A DNA stretch of 35,512 nucleotides from Octopus bimaculoides (lineage: Eukaryota), in assembly GCF_001194135.2 (NCBI RefSeq), contig NC_068988.1, positions 77,887,278-77,922,789 on the forward strand. Reading direction: 5' to 3'. Shown in pieces: positions 24,979 through 35,512 of this stretch. The position numbers and the translations under genes were made by a program. Each line of letters begins with the position of its first letter. The first letter of the stretch is position 1. The notes beneath the pieces were generated by a model that saw only the letters and a list, made by a program, of their open reading frames with translations, did no database searches and was not told where the DNA came from.

Positions 24979-24983
<5 letters not shown>
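22431..24983 (+). mobile_element. R4/Dong-like non-LTR retrotransposon, 5'-truncated (RT, thumb, CCHC, REL), pseudogenised
   Basis: KSPGIDKIPNFW, YQPITCLTTIYKLL, IDYKKAFDSVP, GIFQGDSLSPLLF, YMDDLKLF, CRICRKFTETIDHVSGCP, NRPDIVI, EKLSHYKDL; pure (AAT)n at 24984-25039. Confidence 0.95.
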
Positions 24984-25040
<57 letters not shown>

Positions 25041-25111
25041 TAGCAGGACCCGTGAAAAATTCACTGTTAACAGTGTACTGGTGCCATGAGAGATGTTTGT
25101 ATATTATGACC

Positions 25112-25196
25112 ATCTATCTTTACATTCTGAGTTCAAATTCTGCCGAGATCGACTTTGCTTTTCGTCCTTTCGAGGTCAATAAATTAAGTACCAGTT
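25112..25196 (+). mobile_element. SINE family 2 fragment
   Basis: ttctgagttcaaattc...aataaattaagtaccagtt; homologous to the reverse complement of 26670-26845. Confidence 0.7.
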
Positions 25197-25544
25197 CAAC
25201 CGCCACTCTCCTCACAAGAGATTCAGGCCTAGAAAAGTATATTGTGACAGTTACAGAATATAGAAAGTAATGTAACACCAATGACTATATAATCCAACCA
25301 AAATATATCAGGTACACAAATATAAACAGAATTACTATTTAACTTTAAAATACATCGTACATATTCAAAGAACTTTAATGTACAAATTGAAATGCAAAAA
25401 AAAAACCTAAATAATAAATGGATTTATGAATGAAAGTTTGGTAACTGTGTTTATTTCCACCACGTGGCACTTATTATTGTAAACATGTTTTAACTAACCT
25501 AAACTATACACACACACACACAAATACATTCATATATATGTCTC

Positions 25545-25668
25545 GAGTTGTAGCTGTAATTCAAAGAGGCCAGCCTTGTCATATTCTGTGTGAGGCCGAA
25601 TTTCCTGGAGAACTACGTTAATGTTATGCATATCTTGGAGTGCTCAGCCATTTGTAAGTTAATTTTAT
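25545..25668 (+). mobile_element. SINE family 3 internal fragment
   Basis: gagttgtagctgtaattcaaag...gaactacgttaa matches 13747-13865. Confidence 0.8.
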
Positions 25669-26100
25669 TCTTGTATGGCAATGAAAAGTGAAATTGACAT
25701 CGAATATTTGCTGTGTGTATGTATCTATGTATGAACTTTTCTTTGGATTTATGTATCTACTGTCTCTCTCACTTTCTCTTTCACTTTCTTTGTGTCCCTC
25801 TTTCCAACTTTTGATTTAACAATGTGTATATGTATCTATGTATCTAGTTCTCTTACGTTGTGATAGACAGTTAAAAACACAAAACAAACGCTGTCACCAC
25901 TCACTGTCTCTTTCATGCTCTCTCTTTCTCTCTCACTCTCTCTCTATCTCTCTTACTTCCTCTCTGTCCTCATCTCTCTCACTTTGCCACTTCTTTGAAG
26001 TAAGTGTGATGCACACAACAAATATGTACAAAAACAAAAAGTTAGCATATTAATATTTTTGATAATAATAATAATGATCATGATCATAATGATAATAATA

Positions 26101-26617
26101 AAAACTAAAGTAATAGAATAGATGCAGACAGGCAAGACGTTATATTGAAGAATTTCAAACAAAAATCATGCCTCCTCATCAAATATGACTGTACCAATCG
26201 ACATAAATGTCACAACCTACCAAAAACTGAGCAAATATAAAAACCTCGAGATAGAAATTGGTAAAATGTGGAACCTCAAGACTAAAGGAATAGCTGTTGT
26301 CATAGGTGCCCTAGGAATGATAGCAAAAAGGGGCTCATTGGTACTTGTCTCAGATACCAGGAGATCCAAAAATGGAACAAATTTAAAAAATAGTGCACAT
26401 GAAAATTATTTCCTATGTAATTCCAAAAGCATTTTAATCTGTAAGCATCATCTTAACATCAAATTACTTTTAAAGCAAACTTCTAATTTTCTTATGTTTT
26501 GACTGACATTCTCTAGAACAATACTCTGTACAAAACCAAATATATGGCACCCTAGTCATAACACCAACTTGAACTTCTAACTTGTTGTCTGTTGAGATCT
26601 CCAGGCAAAAGCCAAAC

Positions 26618-26620
<3 letters not shown>
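26101..26620 (+). mobile_element. R4/Dong-like REL endonuclease 3' fragment
   Basis: RIDADRQDVILKNFKQKSCLLI...MTVPIDINVTTYQKLSKYKNLEIEIGKMWNLKTKGIAVVIGALGMI; bounded by (AAT)-type runs (about 26060-26100 and 26621-26669). Confidence 0.85.
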
Positions 26621-26669
<49 letters not shown>

Positions 26670-26670
<1 letters not shown>

Positions 26671-26845
26671 GTTTCAAATTTTGGCACAAAGTTTGATTAG
26701 ATTGACCCCAGTTCTCAACTGGTACTTATTTTACAGACCCCAAAAGAATTAAAGGTATAGTCAAGCACAGTCAAATTAGAACTCAGGACGTGAAGATGGA
26801 TGAAATGCCACTAAGCATTGTGCTCAGCTTGCTAACGACCCTACC
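26670..26845 (-). mobile_element. SINE family 2
   Basis: Minus strand has a tRNA-like head (gtcgttagcaagctgagcac, cctgagttctaatt) and the body shared with 25112-25196. Confidence 0.7.
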
Positions 26846-26880
26846 AATAATAATAACAACAACAACAACAATAATAATAA

Positions 26881-27417
26881 ATGCCCTAATGAGGTACCAT
26901 ACACTGGCTTTCATGGCTTCTGATCTTAATTTAATTGGAAGTGTTATCATGTACATGTTTTGTCTTAGAATAAAAGATGCTCAATACCACAGATTTGCTT
27001 GTCAGTTATTTGAACTTAACCAGTTGAGCATGTCCCATAGTGGCTGACAATATGTGCATCTCTGATCATGAGCAGAAGTAGTTGGGGAGCAACATAACCA
27101 TGTGTTGAGAGGAATTCTTTGAAGCTTGAATAATTCACCTCTGGAAACATAGGTGTTATGCTCAACATCCTTAAACAAACCTTATTCAGGGACCTTTAGA
27201 GTGGGATGGGCTACTCGACCTGAAGAAAATTCTAACTGGGCCCCACCTGCAAGGTCATGCATTGTTTATCTTGATATGAGATCACCATGTCGCGCACATT
27301 TGGTTGTGATGCATGTGCCTGGTGTATCCTTATCAGACGGGTAGTCATGATGGGTATAATGGGCTTTGTATATTCTACCCCAGTGTCACTTTGATGGCAT
27401 GCACTGCTCTCTCACTC
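26881..27417. mobile_element. 537-bp non-coding unit bracketed by (AAT)n arrays; putative non-autonomous element
   Basis: Sharp boundaries at AAT/AAC repeats (26846-26880 and 27418-27448); no long ORF; more GC-rich than the flanks. One copy in this window. Confidence 0.55.
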
Positions 27418-27448
<31 letters not shown>

Positions 27449-28499
27449 GTAAAGTTATAACATACTAACATGGATTCTGCTAATGAAGATATACACCTAC
27501 ATATATGGTTCATTACATTTATTTCAAAACTCACTCCTAATCCTATTCATAAACTGATGAAAACTATTGTCTAAAAATTGTCAATACAACCATGTAAAAC
27601 AATGGTTGGTGGATCCCCAACACCCACATTCAAATCTGAAGCTGTATGCTGATAATTTAAGGCAAAACAATAATTTAATATAAATTACTGTGCTATGGAT
27701 TTATAAAATCAAATACTCACTCTTTTCTCAGTACTGATACACACTCACAAGTTCTCATGTACTTTTGCACTATGTCTGTGGTATTCAAAGGGTTTCCCAC
27801 CCCCTCTCTCAAAATTAGAATAAAAGATAAATCATTTACCTCCATTACAAAAATATTGAAGTCAAAGACTATATAATTCAGCTCCATTCCCCTACCACCT
27901 GACGCATCAATGCTCAATATAGATCTATAAATATATTTATAATTGTGGAAATTTGCCATTCCTATCAGTATATTATACATTGGGTGTGAGCCAAAGAAGA
28001 AGTTTCTCTATGGTTGATTGACTTACTAGAAATAGAAACCAAATATCCTTTAGGCATACTATAAAAAATGAAGGACACATTGAAGGACACAGTTCTGGAT
28101 AAATTGAGACTGAAAATAAATGGAATAATTAGATCTGGAACTTACTTAATCAAGGCTCACCTGCAAACTGAGCAACAACTGCATCAAATGTTATATTATA
28201 CAGGTATATAACAATAGTTTAAAGGTATCTGAAATACACTTTCAAAAAGAAATCGTGTATTTGCATATTAAAGAATTCCATAACACAAAACTGCAGAGGA
28301 AAATATAGGAGGGAAAATGCTCAGAGAATCATTCCTTAAAAGAAACAAAGTGTGAAGAAAGATCAAAATTCAATTATATTTTATATTTAGTCTAATTTTT
28401 AATTTTAATATACAAATAATTTTTGTGAGTAAAATTAGATTTTTATTCAATAATTACTGTTCGATAAACAAACAGAAATCTAAAATAAGCTGAAAAACT

Positions 28500-29640
28500 G
28501 ATAATATAATATGTATATATGTTTGAACTATTTCTTTTTTTCATTTAGAGTAAATTTTGACTGTCCATCTACTTGATAGCAAGGTTGTAAAAGAAAGCTT
28601 GTTTTAATGATTATCCTTTAATTCTTAAGGGCTCACAGATTACTATAGTCCCAGATATTGTTATCTTTTATAGCATATGAATTTAGGTTTTGTGTTCTTG
28701 CCCCAAGAACCTAAGTTTAGCCATACTTTGCTCCAGTTAGGTTGGTATGTACTCGGTTGCTTCAATAATAATAGGTATGAAGCTTAAAATGCATCTTGGG
28801 TACTAGATATGCAAACTCATTATCAATGGTCCATAGATGACCTCTTTCTCTTGTATTCTTTGAACTATGATTGTGTCCAGAGGGCAGCTGATTTCTACCA
28901 CAGAACATATCTTTTCCTTCTGGTCCCACACAACAATATCTGGCTGGTTGTCATTTAACTAGCAGGCTGTTTTAATTTCTAAGTTCCTCTAATATTCTTT
29001 TGACCCATTGGTCTCAATGGAATCAACTTCGCCTGTGGGTGTTTTCTTTTTTGTTTCCCTCTGGCCACCACATCATGCCCCATGGGGAAATAATATCTGG
29101 ATGACATTGTCTTGCATTTGGCAATAATGTGGTTGATGTCTTTAGTCTTGGTCTTACACATTCTATATTTGTTACCTGTCAATGCTTTCTGCCTCTTATG
29201 GTGTAGGTACTTGGTGGGGATTTCTTGTTCTTGAATTGCATGGAAGTAACTGCCAAAGTGGGGTGTCATAAACTTGCCGGTACATCATGTCAAGTTTTTG
29301 ACATGATCAATCCCTTCTATAGTTTGAGTTGTTCATGCCAAGTACCCATGTATTATCTTCCCAGTGACCTGGTCCATTTTTTTTTTATTTTGTTCTTCTG
29401 ATAAATAGATTTTATCAATGCTCCTTGGAGAGAAAGCTTTATCAGTTCTTATTTCACACATCTCATCAAGTTGACTAGCTATTCTAATTATATTATTGAT
29501 TTCGTGGTCACACATCTAGGTGAGATAGTAACTGATTTCTTTCCTCTGCTGCAGATGTTGTTTCAGTGTTACAATACCTGCTTCATATGACATCAATACA
29601 GATTTGAGGCTATGGTCACCATCCTTGCATGAAAAGTATA
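28500..29640 (-). mobile_element. REL-type (R4/NeSL-like) non-LTR retrotransposon, 3' part
   Basis: HAIQEQEIPTKYL...YRMCKTKTKDINHIIAKC...HDVVA...NQPDIVVWDQKEKICSVVEISCPLD...KITISGT. Confidence 0.88.
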
Positions 29641-29644
29641 GCCT

Positions 29645-30012
29645 GTCTCTTTGAAGATTTGGGTATGAGACATGTGCATGCTGAGTTTGTGCCAAAACTG
29701 CTTTCAGTTACAGTAGTTTTTTGCTAATCACAACATTCCATGCATCCAATAACCACCAAATTCTGAAGATCTCACTCCTTGTGACTTTTTTGTCTTTCCA
29801 AAACCTAAATCCCACATGAATGGAACAAAATTTCCAGATGTTAAGAAAATTCATGAGAATGCAATAAGGCAGCTGTTTGCTTGTCCTAAAAAAGGAAATG
29901 GCACCGGATTAAGTGTGTTGCTTTAGAAGGGGACTACTTTGAAGGAGATTAAATGCCAAATTGATTTCAGTTTTCTCTTAACAGTACTAGTCCTGATACT
30001 ATTTTATCAGCC

Positions 30013-30016
<4 letters not shown>
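29645..30016 (+). mobile_element. Mariner-type deletion derivative with right TIR
   Basis: [41 protein letters not shown]; TIR gtcctgatactattttatcagccctca then (TA)n. Confidence 0.8.
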
Positions 30017-30085
<69 letters not shown>

Positions 30086-30102
30086 GTAGGTATGTATGTA
30101 TG

Positions 30103-30156
<54 letters not shown>

Positions 30157-30163
<7 letters not shown>

Positions 30164-30889
30164 CATAATAGGGTAAAAATTTGATATTAATTAATATCAA
30201 TTTAATACCAGGAAACCAGCACATTAGAAGAATCAGAAGGTTCAGAAAAAAAATTTGCGAGATCTTAAAAGGATTATAGTACTTGCGTATATAAAAGAAA
30301 CCACTAAGTGGTCTGTTAATGTGCTAGAAAAAGATCACTTAAAAAATTCTCAAAGAAAGATTGTGCGGAGCAAAACCAGGTGGGCGAGACCAGTGAAAAT
30401 TATAAATACTTCGGTTATCTGTAGACCATGGTTTCAAAATCAGCACTTTCTAATGAAAGTATCTGTTTATCATCAGTACAAACGGCCGATATTATTATAA
30501 TCGAACAGAATCTTGTGCTAGTTGTCTCCAACAAGTGAAAACGTGCACGTGATTCTATCCATTATAAAGAGTAAAATTCAAAAGTCTTAGTTTTGGCGCG
30601 CTGAATCCGGAAATATCTCTGCAGAAAATAATTTCTGCTTTGAATTTACCAACTTTGAGAAATGTGATTATGGTTAATTAACATAATAGGGTAAAAATTT
30701 GATATTATTAATATCAATTTAATACCAGGAAACCAGCACATTAAAAAAATCAGAAGGTTCAGAAAAAAAATTTTTCCGAGATCTTAAAAGGATTATAGTA
30801 CTTGTGTATATATAAAAGAGACCACTAAGTGGTCTGTTAATTTTCTAGAAAAAGATCACTTAAAAAATTCTCAAAGAAAGATTCAGCGG

Positions 30890-30891
<2 letters not shown>
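30157..30891 (-). mobile_element. 518-bp-period partial tandem unit (1.4 copies) containing a hammerhead ribozyme; retrozyme/Penelope pLTR-like
   Basis: 30157-30370 recurs at 30675-30891 with high identity; left flank (TA)n, right flank (GATA)n. Confidence 0.75.
30412..30488 (-). ncRNA. Type I hammerhead ribozyme with palindromic minimal helix III
   Basis: Minus strand reads cggccg-tttgta-CTGATGA-taaacagatactttc atta gaaagtgctgatttt-GAAA-ccatgg-TC-tacaga-taaccg. Stem I tttgta/tacaga is 6 bp and extended by cgg/ccg; stem II has actttc/gaaagt and cag/ctg; helix III is ACCAUGGU; predicted cleavage between 30424 and 30423. Confidence 0.8.
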
Positions 30892-30953
<62 letters not shown>

Positions 30954-30982
30954 GGAGAGAGCGGGAGAGAGAGGGAGAGAGG

Positions 30983-31028
<46 letters not shown>
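30891..31028. repeat. (GATA)n followed by (GA)n microsatellite
   Basis: Direct reading. Confidence 0.97.
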
Positions 31029-31029
<1 letters not shown>

Positions 31030-31275
31030 TGTGCATGTATACATGTATGTATATATGATTGTTTACATGCATGTGTCTTGTTATGGATGGTTTGATAGAT
31101 TTTCCTGTATATACATGTTATTCAATAAGTGATTTGTTTCACAAAATCAGACATATCCAGTCAAGTATCTCTGTTCAACCATACTAAACGGCTTATACAA
31201 ACATCTAAATAGCCATAGAAACACATAAATATATCATATATACATGTGTGTGTATATGTGCTGTACATGTATATA

Positions 31276-32360
31276 TCAGGTCATCCCATAAGTTCTGTCC
31301 AAATTTTGAATATAGAAAACAAGTGACCAAATGTTATATTTAATTGAAATTTAATCATGAATGTACTTTCCCTGATTATCTATGACTTACTACCATCTAT
31401 TTACAAGCTTTTAAATCCCATCAATGTAAAACTCTTTTGGTTTCAATGCGAAGAATTCTGAAATGTCAGTTTCGACCTCCAACTGGCTTGCGAAAGTTAT
31501 GTCCCCCAAATGATTCTGTAAACTATGAAACAAATGGTAGTCTGAAGGAGCAAGGTCAGGAGAATAAGGTAGATGAAGAATTTTTCCCAACCAAGCTCTT
31601 CGAACTTCTGTGATGTGATCTTTGCAGTGTGGGGTCATGCATTGTCCTGATGAAAAATCACTCCTTTTCGATTCACTAAAGCGGGTCATTTTTTTCTTCA
31701 TGCTTCATTCAAACGCGCTAATTGCTGACAGTAGACTTGAGCATTGATTGTTGTATTAGGTAGTAACAATTCAAAGTGAATTATTCCTTTGCAATCCCAC
31801 CAGAAAATGTATCTTGGGTACTAGATATACAAACTCCTTATCAATGGTCCATAGATGACCTCTTTCCCTTGTATCTTTTTAACTATGTTTGTGTCCAAAG
31901 GGCAGCTGATTTCCACCACAAAACATATCGTTTCCCATGAAGTTCCCTTCTTGGTTGTGCTTGAGCCTTTTCCCTTTTACCAGGCCACTGTTTACGACAT
32001 TTAACATTTCGATAGAAGACCCATTTTTCGTCACCAGTCACAAGTCTATCCGAAAAGGGTGAAATGAGTTCGTGAGAATGGAAAGAAGAGCACATGTCAA
32101 CTCGGAACTTGCAGTTGCTTTCGGACAATTCATGAGGCACCAATTTTCCAAGTTTAGGAACCTTTCCAAGTTGTTGAAGATGACGATGAACAGTTGTATG
32201 GATTGAACTAAGCTTTATTGCTAATTCTTCAACTGATAATGCAGGATTTTCTTCAAGTAATGCTCAGGGAGCTTATCATCAAACTCAATTAGATGTTCTA
32301 TTTGATCTTCATCTTCAAGGCTGAAATCTCCACTTCTGAATTTTACAAACAATCATCTGC
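31276..32360 (-). mobile_element. Mariner DD34D transposon, 5'-truncated, pseudogenised
   Basis: FRSGDFSLEDE, VPHEL, LVTGDEKWVFY, WWDCKGIIHFELL, QDNA-...-YSPDLAPSDY (34 residues once a 1-nt frameshift is allowed); terminal tcaggtcatcccataagttc next to TA. Confidence 0.92.
31804..31935 (-). other. 132-bp internal REL-endonuclease fragment inserted in the mariner gene
   Basis: Ungapped match to 28786-28917 with 12 mismatches; encodes ICFVVEISCPLDTNIVKKIQGKEVIYGPLIRSL. Confidence 0.9.
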
Positions 32361-32399
32361 AAGTTCTTTCATTCATGCATTCTTTCAAGAATCTGACCA

Positions 32400-32965
32400 T
32401 TGTCCCTTGCTCTAATTGATGGCTAAACAAGTTGAAATGTCTTCTCTTCCACTTTTTGTGGAAGGGAGGAAAACCGCTTGTGAGGCGCTCTGTCTGCTGC
32501 CAAAAACTGCTAATGGGTGAGTTAGGGATGCTGTGGCTGATGATGCACAAATATGTGCTGAGGCTGAGGCACCTCTGGCTCTACCTGGTAGGTGACCAGG
32601 TGTGGAATCCACTGGCGGAGACATTCTGTCTGTGACTGGCCTCCTTGTGGGGATTCAAACCCAATTTCATAAAAAGACGGAATCTGACTGAATGGCAAAA
32701 AGAGTGCTGACAGGCACTCATGTTACTCCACAAGATGGGCAAGGCCGGTAGAGTTCAAGAGAGATGACATCTTAGGAGAAGCCTGGGGCTCGATGAGAGC
32801 CAGCTAACCAACCTATACCTAAGAACTTTTGGGTTGGGGTATCTGGATAACTACCAGAAATCCCTGATTTGGCAGTGCTATAGGAATGCTTTACCAGTTC
32901 ATGATAAACTGTCTAGACATGAGATGTTTGTGCCACTGGCATGCCCAAGGTGCGGGCAGGGTACA
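32400..32965 (+). mobile_element. L1/Tx1-like LINE ORF2 C-terminal fragment (zf-RVT-type region)
   Basis: LFHFLWKGGKPLVRRSVCCQKLLMGELGM...LRLRHL and LDNYQKSLIWQCYRNALPVHDKLSRHEMFVPLACPRC. Confidence 0.75.
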
Positions 32966-32971
32966 AGGACC

Positions 32972-34815
32972 AGTCAGGTGGTTCTGGCAATGACCACGCT
33001 CGCTCAAACTGAAAAGGCATTTTTACGTGCTACCTACACGGGAGCCAATCCGTGGCCCTAACAATGGTCATGCTCGGATGTGCTTTTAATGTTCCACTGG
33101 CATGAGTACCAATCAGACGGTACTGTCATCAGCCACATCAGCGATTTTGATTTGTTTACATTTTCCTCAATAGGTCTTTGCAAGCAAAGTTCATTGTCCA
33201 GTGAATGAGGGGTACTCATAAGTGGCCTGGTTACACACCACGTTCGGATGTGCATTTAACATTCCACTAGCATGAGTACCAATCAGGCGGAACTGTCGTC
33301 AGGAATGTCAGCAATTTTGATTTTGATTTCACTTACCCCAATAGGTCTTCACAAGCAAAGTTTATTGTCCAATGAATGAGGGATATTCATAAATGGGCTG
33401 GTTACACCCNNNNNNNNNNGTTATTGTCCAATGAATGAGGGATATTCATAAATGGGCTGGTTACACCCACTGGCATAGGCCATGGGCTATGGTCTCACTT
33501 GGCTTGTCAGGTCTTCACAAGCACAGCATATCTCCAAAGGTCCAAGTCATTAGTCATTGCCTCGGTGAGGCCCAATGTTCATAGGTCGTGCTTCACCACC
33601 TCATCCCAGATCTTCCTGGGTCTATCTCTCCCATAGGTTCCCTCAACTGCTAGGGTGTGACACTTTTTCACACAGCTATCCTCATTTATTCACAACACAT
33701 AACCTTACCAGCGCAGTCATCTCATTGCACACCACATCTGATGCTTCTTAAATCCAACTTTTCTCTCAGGGCGCTTACACTCTGTCGTGAGTGCACACTG
33801 ACATTACACATCCAGCAGAGCATACTGGCTTCATNNNNNNNNNNGCACACTGACATTACACATCCAGCAGAGCATACTGGCTTCATTCCTTGCAATCTTA
33901 CACATGTCCTCAGCAGTCACAGCCCATGTTTTACTGCCATGTAGCATGGCAGTGCGCACATATGCATCATACAGTCTATGTTTTACTCTGAGCAAGTGGC
34001 CTTTTGTCACCAGCAGAGGCAGGAGCTCTCTAAATTTTGCCCAGGCTATTCTTATTCTAGCATCTACACTTTCAGAGCATCCACCCCTGCTACTGACTTG
34101 GTCCCTCAGGTAACAGAAGCTATCAACTACTTCTAGTTTTTCTCCCAGGAATGTGACAGAAGTTGTTCTCTGCACATTTTCAGTGTTTATAGCACCTGAG
34201 CATTTGCCACATACAAAAACTATCTTCCCAGTTAGACTCACTTTGATATTGCTGCACCTCTTGTGTCCATAGCTTACACTGGGTACATCTTATGGAGTTT
34301 CTACCTATGCCTTTTCTACAGATTGAGCAGAGCCATCTACCTGAAGGGATTTGTGGTTTGTGTGCCTTCCTACTTAATAAGACTTTGATTTTAGCTAGGT
34401 TGACTCTAAAGCCCTTCGATTCTAATCCTTGCTTCCACACCTGAAACTTTTCCTCTAGTTCTGATAGTGACTCAGCAATTAGAGCAAGGTCATCAGCATA
34501 GAGGAGCTCTCAGGGGCATCCTGTCTTGAATTCCTCTGTTATTACCTGGAGGACTATGATGAATAAGAAGGGGCTGATGACAGATCCTTGGTGGACCCCT
34601 ACTTCTACCCAGAATGCTTCACTGTACTCAGTGCCAACCCTCACCTTACTGACAGCATCTCTGTACATGGTTTGCACAGCTTTCACTAACCATTCATCTA
34701 TCCCTAGTTTCCTCATTGACCACCAGATAAGGGATCGGGGGACCTTTTCAAAGGCTTTCTCCATGTCAACGAAAGCCAGGTACGAAGGTTTATCTTTGGC
34801 TAGGTATTTCTCCTC
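32972..34815 (-). mobile_element. RTE-clade LINE (RT, PHD-like finger, thumb, partial 3' UTR)
   Basis: YLAFVDMEKAFEKVPR, VGVHQGSVISPFLF, LLYADDL, CSICRKGIGRNSIRCTQCKLWT; the 3' UTR matches 15310-15860. Confidence 0.93.
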
Positions 34816-35109
34816 TGTGTGTGTGTGTGTGTGCGAGCACAGATACATAGGTATACAGGTATATGAATATATATGTACATATATATTTGATACTTGTATA
34901 TATAAAAGTAAATGCATATATATATGCATTCATACATACATATATACATACATACAAACGTGTATGTGTGTGTGTGCCGCTATATATGTATGTAAATACA
35001 TTTAAATATATGAATATATATGTTTGTATATATTTATATAAAGAGAGTGAGAGCGAGAGATAGACAGATAAATAAAAAGACTGACAGACAGATCGATATA
35101 GAGAGATAT

Positions 35110-35140
<31 letters not shown>

Positions 35141-35147
35141 AACATAC
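34816..35147. repeat. (TG)/(TA)/(GA)/(GACA) microsatellite cluster
   Basis: Direct reading. Confidence 0.9.
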
Positions 35148-35512
35148 ATGTTCCAAAATTTCAGCTATATTTACTGCGGGTTTCACATAGATAATGTTGC
35201 AGCACGTACTATTGTAAACAGCCAAATCAACTAAGCGTAAACTTTCTAAGATTCTATACATTCCATCTTTTATATTTTACCACCTATCTCATTTCAATTG
35301 TTTTGCTCACAAAACTAATTTGTTTATTGTCAATTCCTTCAATCTCAATATATTTATATTTTGCCATTTTCCTCTTAAATTCTTGGAGATTCTTTTTTTG
35401 TCTTATTTTCCACTGTAAACTAATTAATTTTGCCTATATATATATACACATACATATATGCACATACATATATGTATGTATATGAATATATATATATATA
35501 TATATATATATA

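Noticed and set aside
27320-27350. Minus-strand ctgataag as a hammerhead core
   Set aside because: C3-A8 cannot pair and no GAAA/helix III follows.
33362-33468. Exact 48-bp duplication across a 10-N gap (also 33793-33886, 42 bp)
   Set aside because: Identical sequence on both sides of tiny gaps is typical of unmerged contig overlaps.

Overview
This is a eukaryotic, AT-rich, repeat-saturated draft-assembly window with three long N gaps. The repeat repertoire looks cephalopod (Octopus-like); that assignment is my inference from SINE/RTE families and microsatellite density, not a database result. I find no intact protein-coding gene, rRNA, tRNA or CRISPR array. Nearly every ORF in the track is a microsatellite or N-run artefact, or a broken transposon frame. 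The window holds decayed Tc1/mariner-superfamily DNA transposons (three DD37D/maT, one DD41D, three mariner-type, one pogo/Tigger) and non-LTR retrotransposons (five RTE pieces, five R4/Dong-like RT/REL pieces, one L1/Tx1-like piece). It also holds three tRNA-type SINE families and many microsatellites. The most interesting signal is RNA-level: several unrelated small elements, mostly bounded by microsatellites, carry minimal type I hammerhead ribozyme motifs with palindromic helix III. The best is a complete motif at 30412-30488 (-) inside a 518-bp partial tandem unit. Another, at 3822-3862 (-), has the compensated U3-A8 core, and two inversion junctions pivot at hammerhead motifs. Other notable points are a PHD-like finger inside the RTE RT region (two copies share one frameshift), a 132-bp internal REL fragment inside a mariner gene, and a chain of elements anchored on (AAT)n.
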